A stretch of DNA of 64,000 nt from Rhizophagus irregularis (GCF_026210795.1 NC_089432.1:4216001-4280000); one strand, 5' to 3'; counted from the first letter of the stretch, positions 47,631-59,871 are shown. The notes: a model not told the origin generated them from the letters alone. Made by a program: numbers and translations.

Positions 47631-47866
47631 GCAAGGCTTAACCGAATGGGTACCATATTTTTTTCTAAATATGGGTTTGATAAACTTTGCATGGGCTTTA
47701 TATGAGAATTCTTGACTGCGCATGGGTCTGTCAAATTTTGCATGGGCTTTACATGGGATTTCTCAACTGCGCATGGATTTTTTCGTAAAAAATGTTGCCT
47801 AAGATTAGCAGGATATCTAAATTCCTTTCCACAATACATACAAGTTCGATCAGCTAGTTTTTTTTT
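47627..47866 (-). CDS. C2HC-type zinc-finger ORF, -1 frame extension of the protease
   Basis: KKLADRTCMYCGKEFRYPANLRQHFLRKNPC begins at A_AAA_AAC just before the protease stop; the first Cys lies upstream of the ATG. Confidence 0.65.
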   Translation of the reverse strand, partial: KKKLADRTCMYCGKEFRYPANLRQHFLRKNPCAVEKSHVKPMQNLTDPCAVKNSHIKPMQSLSNPYLEKNMVPIRLSLA

Positions 47867-48947
47867 ATAGGTTCTGGATCCTTCCCTACAGTAAAAACAT
47901 TACGCTGGGATTTATGAACTGATAAGGGGATAGTAATAGTCTTCCCATTTCGGCTTGCCTTAAATTCCCCCTTCACTAAGGGTTCCCATCCTGCACGATA
48001 CTGCCATTGTGTTCCAAGAATAAATAGGGATAGTTCTTTTCCACTATCATCATATTCTGTAGGGACGACAGAGAATTCATCCGGAATGGTGTCTCTATTT
48101 TCTCCATCCTCAATAGTTACAGGAACACTATCAACTGTACCAAGGGAATGGGACTTACTCGCAACTCCATTAAGCCTATGAATCTTTTTCTTATCTATTT
48201 TTAGACCCAAATGTTTTGCAACATTTTCTGAGACTATTGACGAGTCTGATCCACTATCAATCATTGCATAGGGTATAGTCACGCTCCCCACCTTACAGGA
48301 GATGGTTGCAACGTCGTCAGCATCCTTTATTTGTAAAAAATTTATCTCTAAGGGCTTGGGCCAATATATTTGGCTATTTTTTTTTTGAGCCGATGCATAA
48401 GCCTTAATAGCATGTTCTAGCCGGATGTTCTCTGGTAAAACATGACTAGTGGATGTAGTATTAATTTCCTTAATTTTAGTCGAATCAGCCATAACTATAT
48501 CTTCTTTTAGACTGGGGGCATTCAGGATAGATTCATTATTATCTGGAACTTGTAAAAGAGGCTTCTGCTCACTATTTACTGCCTGCAATAGAGGAAATAA
48601 GATGTCTTCGAATTTACTTGCAACGTTCCCCATGCTAATTCCCTTCTTTTAACTGTATCATTTGGCATAACAATATTCAAGCAATGGTCTTTTAATTTGG
48701 GGAATATCATATTAATAACTTTCGAAATTTCTATAAGAATCTCTCTAGGACAATAAGGGACTAATGATGATATTGAAGATTTTAAGGCTATTTGATACAT
48801 TAGGTCTGTAGCCATGATTATATTGCCTGATGCTTTGCTAGCATGAGATTTGGAAGTAGGGGACTTCTTGGTTGCTCCTTCTTTCGATTTGATGCTCTTT
48901 TTCATAGGTATTCCACTTCGCACCACTTTTTTTTTGTAGCATAACAA
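47854..48947 (-). CDS. Linker + retropepsin-like aspartic protease (frame break at ~48633)
   Basis: AMIDSGSDSSIVSENVAKHLGL and FILGTQW; upstream ORF 48576-48947 overlaps in the adjacent frame. Confidence 0.8.
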
Positions 48948-50953
48948 TTTCGAGGTTCGTCATCATTTTCATCAACATATTCAACATATTCATCATCATC
49001 TTCGATTTCCTCTTCTTTGGGATCCTCTTCCTCTTCCACTATGTATTCTTCGGAGTCTTCAGGATCTTCTACCTCATCTTGGTATACATAGTTAACTTTT
49101 TTAGTCCGCTTGCCTTTGGGGCAATTAACCTTTGTATGACCAGCCTTTCCACATGCTGAGCAATGCCGAGTTTGCTTTGCAGATGCTTTTGGCACTACCT
49201 TTCGAATAACTTTCTTTGTAGCATAAGCACTTCTGGATGTAAAAGGGCTTTTTCTAACATGGGCAGTTGTGCCTCCTAACCTCTTTTTAAGTTCTTCATA
49301 AATAAAATTTTCTAATGTAGCGTCATCTATTCCTATTCCTGTATAAGCTAAATCTCTTGCTAGCCGAATTTTAAAATCATCTTTTTGTGGTTGAGTAGTA
49401 AAGCTAACTGAGGTTGGTGCAGGAGCTTGTATTCTTTTGCCTGCACTTTCATGCCATATATTGCATAATTCTGTAAAAAATGCATTGACTGTAGGAGGAT
49501 TAGCAATTCTAACTCTCATTTCTAAATCGGAAGGCAATTGATTAAATAGATAAGGTAAGGCATCAGCATCTAGCATTGCTTGTACTAGCGGTTTGATTCG
49601 TTTTTCATAACTATCTGGAGTATCTGTCTCTAAAAACTTTTCATTAACAAGAGCAAATATAGCACTTCGGTTAGTCCCTACCATAACTTCTCTATATCTT
49701 TCACGCAACCAGTTTAGGAAGAGAGGTTCAGTAACAATAGCTGGATTACCTCCGGCATATGGATCATTAGCAGGAACAGGTGCAAATCTACCTGTCATCT
49801 TATTTATCATAACTTGACATCTTACACCAGCATTAAAACCAACAACAGCTAAGGGACGTGCCGTCTCATTTATATTTCTAAGCCTTTGATAATATACATC
49901 TGGTGGTTCCTGCCTATCATAACTGGGTAATTGTGCAAGTAAAGGTGATAATGTATGCATAACATCTTGAATAGTAGCCATGTTTCCGAGTGGGTTGTTT
50001 TGTAAATTCAAAATAATTTGTCGTGAATTTAATTCCCTAGCCTTCCATTTTTGGTATCTATTAAATACCCATGCCCGATTGAATTCTGCCAAGTCGGCCT
50101 TAGCTTTGCGCCTCCTAGCTAATATTTGGAGAACTGCCTTCTCTTGTACTAATATATTAATCTGATTCTGCTTTCTAAAGGCCATTCTTTGACCATTAGT
50201 TTGCCTTTCCTGAGCAATTTGATACCAACGACGACGTTCATTTGCCTCATTATTATATGCTATAGTTAATAATTGAGCTCTTCGAAGACATTCATTTCTA
50301 ACATTTGCCATATCATTAATAAAGTTATTTATCTGCCCATTAGCATTATTGAGCAAATTATGAGCAGTATTAAGCTGGCCTTGTAAGTTAATAGCATCTT
50401 GAGCATGCCTTTGCATATGTCTACGAACAGTTGTTAATGAGATCCATATCCCATTCAGTGTATTTCTTGGATCAAATGATGTATCTCCATTAATATATCT
50501 TTCAATCCGATCTAGAGCCGTACCAACATTCCTTAAGATATCTGGCAGTGCCATATTTTCTTGTTCTTCTTCTTCAGAAGGTTTATTACTGTTATTTTGA
50601 AAATGTGATATCTTGAGAATTTGGCTTTTGAGCTTTTCTACTGTATCTTCTAGCAGAATGATTCAGTTATCTTGAGCGACTAATGCCTCTTCCTTTAGCT
50701 CTAAATGATCCTGACATTTTTTGAGATTATATAAGGTGGAGTAGTATTCTGCTTTTAATCTATCTATCTCATTCTCTCGTGAGATAAGATTTTTTTCAAG
50801 ATATTTGATATATAGCTCACATCGCTCTAGATCATTTGTGAGCTTGCGAATCTTCTCCTTATTTCTAATGGTAATAGTTTCCTCTTTAGTCAACTTTATT
50901 CGCAATTCTAAATTGCTGTCTAGTAAATCGATATATGCCTGCTCAACTCCCAT
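48902..50953 (-). CDS. Gag-like protein (coiled-coil N-terminus, CA-like core, CCHC knuckle, acidic tail); one in-frame TGA at 50663-50665
   Basis: ORFs 50663-50953 and 48902-50554 are in frame, separated by 36 open codons. CSACGKAGHTKVNC knuckle; core aligns by eye with the neighbouring Gypsy Gag CA. Confidence 0.75.
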
Positions 50954-52073
50954 TGATTCCTATAATCCACATAAATACCTCTAGAAGAGACGAACTTGTA
51001 TCTACTACTTTGCAAAAAATTTACTACCAGCCTATCGGCTATCATAGAAATGCTAAAAAATTGCTTGAAGCTTCTCTAAAAGCTGGGTATGATTTTTCTC
51101 TAAATGAAATGTATGATTGGCTCGAAAGACAGGCTGTACACCAGATACATAAGCCTCGTCCCAGATATATTCCTCGAGCAAGTTTTTGCTCTATTACCAC
51201 CCCTAATAAAGTTCACCAGGCAGATGTTCTCTACATGCCTTATGATAAAGTAGGACGAGTCACCTATCTTTTTTGTCTTAATGTGGTTGACGTGGCTTCG
51301 AGATTTAAAGCTTCTGTCCCCATTGGTGCATATAGTGTTAAGGATAGAGAGGGCATCTTAACTTCTAAAACTATTGCTAGGGCTATTGAAAAAATCTATG
51401 ATGATCCTGAGTGTCCTCTAGTTTGGCCGGAAACATTTTTAACAGATAGGGGGCCAGAGTTCAGGGGTGATTGTGAGAAATTAATGAGAGAGCATGGTGT
51501 GAAAATTCAGAAGGCTAAATCTAAACGTACTATGGGTATTGTCGAGAGATATAATCGAACTTTGATTGATAAATTATTTCCTTCCCAGGACGCATCTGAT
51601 CTTTTGACTTTACACTTAAATAAGATATCCAGGGTTTGGTTAAAGAATTTGGCTATAGTTGTTGAATATATTAACAATTCTAATACAGATCAGCTTGGTA
51701 TTTCTCCTGTTGATGCAATAGAGAAAGAAGAGGTCTTTGCTAAGCCTTCTTATCCTCGGGATGGTTCTATAGGCTTTGATGAAGAGAAGCTTTCTGGTGA
51801 TATTCTTGTTCGATATTTACTATATCCTAGTGATTGGAGGGTGGGAGACGCCGTGCTGGTGATTTGAATTGGTCACCTCATATTTATCATATCTGTCAAT
51901 CTATGGTACAAAAAAATCAGCCGGTCTTATACTGGCTGGAAGAAGTCCCTTTTGGGCTAATTGATAATGATGATTATATTCTCAAACGTCCTGAAAGATC
52001 TTTTGTTCAAGAAGAATTGATGATTATTCCTTATGATACAGAATTGCCTCCCCAGTGGGTGCTCACGAATTAA
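50935..52073 (+). pseudogene. Polinton-type rve (DDE) integrase with a 1-bp frameshift at ~51834
   Basis: LQKIYY.P.GY, HQADVLYM (D), FLTDRGPEF (D), IVERYNRTL (E); the C-terminal NWSPHIYHI is in the shifted frame. Confidence 0.88.
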
Positions 52074-52443
52074 GGAAGTCTTCTGCTTCTTCATCAATTT
52101 TGGCTTCTATAACGAAATAATCCTTAGCTAATCTATAGTATAGCTTGTATAGTTCCATAATGGAATTAAGAATCTTTGGATCTTTTCCGTAATATGATTT
52201 GTAGTCATCCATAATTTGATGATATTTATCTTTATTAGGGAATATGGTTTGGGCTAGCTTTAGTACATATTCTTCAGGGTCTTCTGCTTGGCGTAATTTC
52301 TTAACTCTCTCTTTATAATTTTGCATGAATTTGCCATCCTTTGGCTTTCTATAATAGATTCCTGCCTTGACTACATTTATTAATGCCTGCTTTACTTCCT
52401 GGTATGTGGGCTTGGTTTTGGGTAATTGGATTTGTGTACTCAT
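52063..52443 (-). CDS. Hypothetical element protein (126 aa)
   Basis: Intronless helical ORF overlapping the integrase stop. Confidence 0.6.
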   Translation of the reverse strand: MSTQIQLPKTKPTYQEVKQALINVVKAGIYYRKPKDGKFMQNYKERVKKLRQAEDPEEYVLKLAQTIFPNKDKYHQIMDDYKSYYGKDPKILNSIMELYKLYYRLAKDYFVIEAKIDEEAEDFLNS

Positions 52444-52515
52444 TATGTAATTAGTATATGTATTACTATATTGTGTAAAGATTTATTCAATTAAAATTAT
52501 TTATACAACTATAAA

Positions 52516-52830
52516 ATGGGTGAAGGTGCTAAAGCAAAAGCAAAATTTATTTGTTATTATCTTCTTAATACTGGTGAAATTTGTGGCAGGCGTAGTACTA
52601 GACCTGAAGGTTGTCGATCACACTTTAAAGCTAAGTTGCGCCAGTCGTGCTCTGCTTGTGGTAGACCTACAAAGATAAATAAACCTACAGGGATTGATAA
52701 TGGCCTATGTAGCTATTGCAATAAGAGCAAATATCAGATCCGGCATGTGAATATGCTTCGGGATAAGGCCCAGATGTTCGATCAATATAGTGAAGAGGTT
52801 AGACTTGCCGAATGCGCATTGCAGAGGTGA
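52516..52830 (+). CDS. Small Cys/His zinc-binding protein whose 3' end lies in the right TIR
   Basis: C-x8-C-x9-C-x2-H followed by CSAC...CSYC. Confidence 0.6.
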   Translation: MGEGAKAKAKFICYYLLNTGEICGRRSTRPEGCRSHFKAKLRQSCSACGRPTKINKPTGIDNGLCSYCNKSKYQIRHVNMLRDKAQMFDQYSEEVRLAECALQR

Positions 52831-54264
52831 GACTTAATGGTGAACATATCTTGTGTACAATGCTCTGCCTGCCCTAAAGGTGAGACTTAGATGTGAGATT
52901 TAGAGGTTAGACTTAGAGGTTAGACTTGGCATTCTTATTTGCCTTATTTATAGCATATATTAAAATATGGTAGATATGGTCAGAACGATATAGCATCCAC
53001 ATTCGTCCATTCACCCTAAAGGGCTGGCTTATGTTCCTGCTATATCGTTCCTCCTGTTGAATGCGTATTCACTGGTGTCGCCCTGAAGGGCTTTGCCAGC
53101 TAATACTTATTCTCTCTTGCTACCTATATATTGTATGCTATTGGGAGGATATTTTTTTTTACACTTAGAGGTTAGACTTAGTCGTGAACATATCTTGTTT
53201 ACATGTTCCGCCTGCCCTAAAGGTGAGTCTTTAATATGTTTATGAGCTAGAGCCAGAAATAATGAGATCTATTTGGCTCATATATTTAGCATACATTAAA
53301 ATATGGTAGATATGGTCGGAACGATATAGCATCCACATTCGCCCATTCACCCTAAAGGGCTGGCTCATGTTCCTGCTATATCGTTCCTCCTGTCGAATGC
53401 GTATTCACTGGCGTCACCCTAAAGGGCTTTGCCAGCTCATACTTATTCTTTCTTGCTACCTATATATTGTATGCTATTGGGAGGATATTTTTTTACCCTA
53501 GCTTTGTGACATGGAAATGGCTTCGGAATTGTTTCCTGTATATCGAGAAAATAATGGTATACTAAAACTTGGTTAATACGCTTTTGATTCACTAATTTGA
53601 TTACTTCTTGAGGTTAGACTTTGAGGTTAGACTTATAGGTTAGACTTTTTTTGTCCTTATGTATGTGAAAATGAATCGTCTTTAGAATGGTTTTCAGCAT
53701 ATCAAGAAATTAATGGTATACTAGAATATGCTCAATACTTTTTTAATCAAGAATTTGGATACCTGAACAGGATAAATCTAACCTCTACGAGGTTAGACTT
53801 ATCTTGAATTTGTTTACATTAATGAATCAGCTCTAGAATTAATTCTAGGATAACATAAAAATAAGGTATGTAAATTAGGCTTGACAGGTCGAACCCCGAA
53901 CACGCTCGGACACTTCGGTCCTCGGTGTTCAGGGTTCTCCTGAGGGGCAAGCAATATGGCATACTTTTTTCGTTATATTATTTGGGATTAAAAAAAGGCC
54001 AGCGCGTTAACAAAGATGGTATTCTCCTTTATCTTGAAAACAAAAAATTTGGGTAAGAGAGATATGTTAACAGAATTTGAGCCCAGCATGATTTTAAGCT
54101 TGAATTCAATATCAGATTTTGATATGTTTTCTGATAATGAAGAGCGGATTGGGGTTCAATAAGATTACAGATTTTTTTGTATATCAGGAAAACAACTGGG
54201 AGACTATAAGGGATCACCGGCATATATGGGGATTCTGTCCCAGAACCCCCATATATGCCTATAT
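52726..54264 (-). repeat. Right terminal inverted repeat
   Basis: Reverse complement of 25243-26781; ends ...GCCTATAT followed by TSD TCATG. Confidence 0.95.
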
Positions 54265-54599
54265 TCATGTATTTTGCTTCATCATCTTCTGACAACTTTA
54301 TGTTGTGTAATTGAATAGTGTGCCTGGGCAATTACAAGTTAGTGAAGAAAAATTAAAAACACAAAAGGATTAGTATGGTGGCAAATCATATAAATCTATG
54401 AGAAAGTAGTATCATGCAAGAGAGTAAGGTGCATAGAGGTATCTTATACAATCACATGCTATAGTTACTTACTATAAAAACTATAATTAAATAAAAATAA
54501 ATCTATATCTATAAATGAATAAAATATTTTCACTAGAAACTCTAAATTCAAAAAAATAAATGAAATATATAATACTAACTATAATAATAAATAAATCTA

Positions 54600-57500
54600 C
54601 ACTGGTCGAAATCAAAACTTTCGACCGTTAAGAGCTTTCGGCATAATTTTTGCCGATTGGTCATGTGATTCGTCACATTTTTTGACCAATGGCAAAAATC
54701 GGTAAAATCAATCACAAATCAACTAATACTGATTGTTAAACGAAAACTCATTCAGTCTTTTGGTGAAAAATCAACTTATACCGATTGTTATACGAAAAAT
54801 TGCTCTTTTAAGATCATTCAGTAAAATTATACTGATTGGTCATATAAATCAACACAATTTTGCCAAATTTTCCAAACGGTAAAAATCAATAACTAATTGG
54901 CAATAATTTGGCAAATCAGTTGGTAAATGACTGAAAAAATCAGATGATCCAGATCAACATTTTACGGGTCTTTTTAAAATAAACTTTTTTAAACTTTTTA
55001 AACTTTTCACCTCTCTCTTTCATCCGTAAATGTACACATTGAATTCGGTAACTTTTTATTAAATCAAAAAAGTTTCGAAACTTTCTTTAAAAAAATGTTT
55101 TTTACATTAAAAAACGTTTCTTTTTTATACTTTTAGTGAAGAAAATCAGTTCCGGCGTGGATACCGATATTACAGGTAAAGTTTCGAAAAAAATTTTCGA
55201 AACTTTCTTTAATAAAATGTTTTTTAATAAACGTTTTTTTTATTTTTGTATAGGAAATCGGCTCCAGCGTGGACGCCGATATTCCAGGTAAGTTTCGAAA
55301 CAAATGTTTCGAAACTTCTTTAAAACGTTTTTTAATAAAAAAAAATGTTTTTTATTTTTATTTTTTTTATATAGAAATTCAGCTCCAGCGTGGACGCCGA
55401 TATTCCAGTTAAGTTTCGAAACTAAAGTTTCGAAACTTTAATAAACATTTTTTAATAAAAAAAAACGTTTTTTTTTTTATTTTTTTATATAGGAATTCGG
55501 CTCCAACGTGGACGCCGATATTCCAGTTAAGTTTCGAAACTAAAGTTTCGAAACTTTAATAAAACGTTTTTTAATAAAAAAAGCGCTTTTTTTTTTATTT
55601 TTATTTAGGAATTCGGTTCCGGCGTGGATACCGATATTCCAGGTAAGTTTCGAAATAAATGTTTCGAAACTTCTTTAAAAACGTTTTTTTTATATTAAAA
55701 AACGTTATTTTTTTATTTTATTGTATAGGAATTCGGCTCCAGCGTGGACGCCGATATTCCAGATAAGTTTCGAACTATTTTCGAAACTTCTTTAAAAAAA
55801 AACGTTTTTAACGTTTTTTTTTTATACTTAATTGTAGGGCTATCGGTTCCAGTGTGGATACCGAACCCCAAAGATAAGTTTTGAAAAATTTCGAAACTAT
55901 AATAAAAAACGTTAAAAATTAACATTTTTTTTTATTTTTTTGTAGGGATATCGGTTCCGGCGTGGATACCGAAATCCCAAAGGTAAGTTTCGAAACAAAG
56001 TTTCGAAACTTTAAAACGTTTTTTAATATTAAAAACTTTTTTTTTTTAACTTTTGTATAGGAATTTGGCTCCAGCGTAAACGCTGATATTCCAGTTAAGT
56101 TTCATTTTCGAAACTTCTTTGAAAAAAACGTTTTTTAACATTTTTTTTTTAATATTATTGTAGGGATACCGTAAAGTTTCGAATTTTCGAAACTTTTTGA
56201 CAAAAATTAATAAAAAACGTTTAATTTAACGTTTTTTTATTATTTTTATTAATTTTTTTGCAGGGAAATCGGCTCCAATTCAGATACCAGAATCCTGCAG
56301 GTAAAGTTTCGAATTTTCGAAACTTTACGAAACTTAATAAAAAAAACGTTTAAAGTAACGTTTTTATTATTATTTTTTATTATTTTTTTTTGCAGGGAAA
56401 TCGGCTCCGGCATGGATACCGATGTTCCAGATAAGTTTCGAAAAAAAATTCGAAACTTTATAAAAAAAAAACGTTTTTTAATATTAAAAATGTTTTTTTT
56501 TGTTTTTTTGTATAGGAAATCGGCTCCAACGTGGACGCCGATATTCCAGGTAAGTTTCAAAACTAAAGTTTCGAAACTTTTTTAATAAAACGTTTTTAAT
56601 GAAACGTTTTTTTATATTTAATTATAGGGATATCGGTTCCGGCGTGGATACCAAATCCCAAAGGCAAGTTTTGAAAAATTTCGAAACTTTAACAAAAAAA
56701 CGTTAATTTTAACATTTTTTTTTTATTTTTTTTGTAGGGATATCGGTTCCGGTGTGGATACCGAATCCCAAAGGTTAGTTTCGAAAAAAAAATTTGAAAC
56801 TATTTAAAAAAAATGTTTATTAACGTTTTTTTATTATATTTTTTTGTAGGGAATCGGTTCCAGCGTGGATACCGAATCCCAAAGATAAGTTTCGAATTTT
56901 TCGAAACTTTAATAAAAAAACGTTAATTTTTAACGTTTTTTATTATATTTTTTTGTAGGGAATCGGTTCCGGCGTGGATACCGAATCCCAAAAAGTAAGT
57001 TTCGATTTGAAACTTTCTTTTTTTTCATTTTATTATAGGGAAACGTTTCCGAGGTTGGAAATCGGATCCCAAAAGATAAGTTTCGAAGTTGTTTTTCGAA
57101 ACTTTAATAAAAAAACGTTTATTTTAACGTTTTTTTTATTGTTTTTGTAGGGAAACGGTTCCGAAGTTGGAACCGGATCCCAAAAAGAAAGTTTTCAAAA
57201 CTTTTCTTTTTTTTTTATTTATTTTATTCCCATAGGTTAGTTTCGAATAATTTTTTTCAAAACTATTAAACTATTAAAAAAAAACGTTAATTAACGTTTT
57301 TTTTATTGTTTCTTTAGTAGGGAATCGGCTATCGAATCCTATAGGTTAGTTTCGAAAAATTCTTTTTCAAAACTATTTAAAAAAACTTTTTTTTTAATGT
57401 TGTTTTTTATTCTATTATAGGGAATCGGCTCCAAGATGGATACCGAATCCCATAGGTCAGTTTCGAAATTTTTTTTTCGAAACTATTAAAAAAAACGTTA

Positions 57501-58232
57501 ATTAACGTTTTTTTATTATATTATAGGGAATCGGCTCCAAGATGGATACCGAATCCCAAAGATAAGTTTCGAAAATTTTCGAAACTTTAATAAAAAAACG
57601 TTAAATATTAACGTTTTTTTTATTTTTTTTTGTAGGGAATCAGTTCCGGCGTGGATACCGTTTCCCAGGTAAAGTTTCAAAATGGTTTTCAAAACTTAAA
57701 AAAAACGTTTTTTAACAATAAAAAACGTTTTTTTTTTATTTTTGTAGTAAAGTTTTTAAAAAAATTTTCGAAACTTATTTTTTTATTAAAGAATCGGTAT
57801 ACTAACCAATTCTTTATTTTTTATTTTAGATTTTCTTTGGATTTTTGTTGAATGGGTATTGTGGTGGATAGTGGGTAATGTGGCGGGTGCATGTAGTGAA
57901 TGGTGGACGATAGTAGATTAGATAGATAGATTTAATATGTAATTTTAATATATATATAAAGCAAATTAATAAAATTTAATTAATAAATTGTGCTAAATAT
58001 ACAAAATCGGTAATAATTAGGTTGATTTATATTAACAATCGTCAATTTGATTTTACCGATTTGTTACCAATTTTTACTGATCGATTTGTTGGCAAGTGGC
58101 AGGCGTTACGGTGCAAATCGCCTATAAAATTAGTTGCCGATTTTTTTGGTACTGATCGGCTAAGGTCAGACCAAATTTCGTCCAACATTCGGCAATTTAA
58201 AATTTTGCCGAAATGGACTATTCCGACCAGTG
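54600..58232. mobile_element. Non-autonomous CACTA/EnSpm-type (CACTG) transposon
   Basis: TIR CACTGGTCGAAAT / ATTCCGACCAGTG; 3-bp TSD CTA at 54597-54599 and 58233-58235; no transposase ORF. Confidence 0.8.
55060..57780. repeat. Tandem array of ~110-120-bp units (about 22), each with a GC hairpin core
   Basis: Core ATCGGYTCCRGCGTGGAYRCCGA repeated; linkers built from GTTTCGAAAC and AAAACGTTTT palindromes. Confidence 0.9.
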
Positions 58233-59871
58233 CTAACCAAATAAATGAATGAAATCTATAGTAAAATATATATATAAAAATAACTATTAAACACTTGCCA
58301 CATTGCTCATCACTAAAACAAACTATAGAACCTCAGTTTCTCTCAGGCTACAGCTGGTCATTAGCGAAATATAATTTCACCTAGCAAAAAGAGCCATGTA
58401 CACATGAATTCCTTTCTCTTGTAAGAACATAAAATGATACTTACCACAATGACAGAGTATTCAAACCAAAATTACAAGTTAACTGTGTAAATCAAAGGTG
58501 TTTCAGTTTCACCTCCTTATAATTTCATTTCTTTTAATAATGGTTATTACTTCAGGAACCCATACAACCGAACAGTCCCTCCGAAGTGTATGAGAGAGGA
58601 ACAGGAGGATGTATTAACACAGCAAAACAAAATAAAAACAAAAAAAGTTAAAATAAAATGAAAAAATTTTATTAAGGAAAGGAGTAAAATACTGCGAAAT
58701 AGAAATAAAAAAAATTAAATATGTTTGATTACTTCGCTAGAAATGACAAGAGGGAGGAGAAAGAATAGTAACGTGAGTTTTATAAATTTGTTAGTCAAAG
58801 TGCAAAAAATTATGTCATAACCAAACTAAGGCTTATAAATTTGTTAGTCAGAGTGAGAGATGACTCATGAGATTTAGCTGATCAACATGATCAACAGTCA
58901 CTTTCACGTGTCAGTGCGAGGTTACAAAAAAAATTAACGTCTGAGACGCGATTTGAATCTGTGGGAATTATTCGTTGATGTTTCTTAATGTTTTATTTTA
59001 ATAATATATTGTTTTTTACGTTTAAAAATGGTTGGTTTTTTATATATCTTTATCTTGATATTGTTGATCACCCGTTCATATAATACATAAAAATTTGTAT
59101 AAATAAATTATTTTCTAAAATATAGATAAGTAGTAAATTATAATGATTTTTTTGGTGGTTCCTCGTATGTGGTACAAGACTTCGTTAGTTAGTACGAGAT
59201 TCGAGTTAAATCAAATTTGTGTACGGTACAGTATTTGAGAATTGACTTAAATTAAAAAAATATCTAAATTGAAAGTTCGTTTGCGGAAATTATGTTTCAA
59301 CTAAGTTCGATTGCCTGAAGCATCAAAAAAAATAAAAATAAAATAAGATAGTAATGATTATAAATTTACACTTAAATTTCTATTTAATATTTTACACAAC
59401 GATTTATTTATAGAATAAAAATATTAATTATTATTTAATTCTATGATTATAATAATAAAGTGACAGATTTATATAAGGTTCATAAATTTATATTTATTTG
59501 ATTTATTTGGTTAAAAATAATCAAATTATTAAAAGGCAGTCTAATTTTAGCTATCATTTTTATAAAAAAAAATCCATTTCTATTTTTTCTCTGAAAACTT
59601 CATATTCTTCCATTCCAAATCTCAACTGATCTAAATTCTGTCCCATCATTTGGGTTGAATTTCGCCAAAATTAAGGGTTTAAAGTACCGCAAGTATCAAC
59701 CGTCTCATCCAATGTATTGATATAATGTATTTCTCTGTCACTATAAATTTCATGATTACGTCATTATATGAATGAAAATTACTGTGATACCATGATTGAA
59801 ATCGACTTTTGTTTGGTAAAATTTCAAAATAATAATTTTTACTATTTATTTTTTCTTTCAATACATTCAAA

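Larger units (their letters stand above)
25243..54264. mobile_element. Polinton/Maverick-like self-synthesizing element (pPolB + rve integrase), ~19.4 kb without the nested LTR element
   Basis: 1539-bp TIRs starting 5'-ATATAGGCATATATGGGGG; TSD TCATG at 25238-25242 and 54265-54269; pPolB and DDE integrase ORFs inside. Confidence 0.93.

Noticed and set aside
47627..50953. Gag-protease block as a separate nested LTR retrotransposon
   Set aside because: No LTRs, TSD, RT or RNase H; it overlaps neighbouring element genes, and the adjacent integrase is Polinton-type and on the opposite strand.
55060..57780. CRISPR-like array
   Set aside because: The linkers are homologous to each other rather than unique spacers, there are no cas genes, and the context is eukaryotic.
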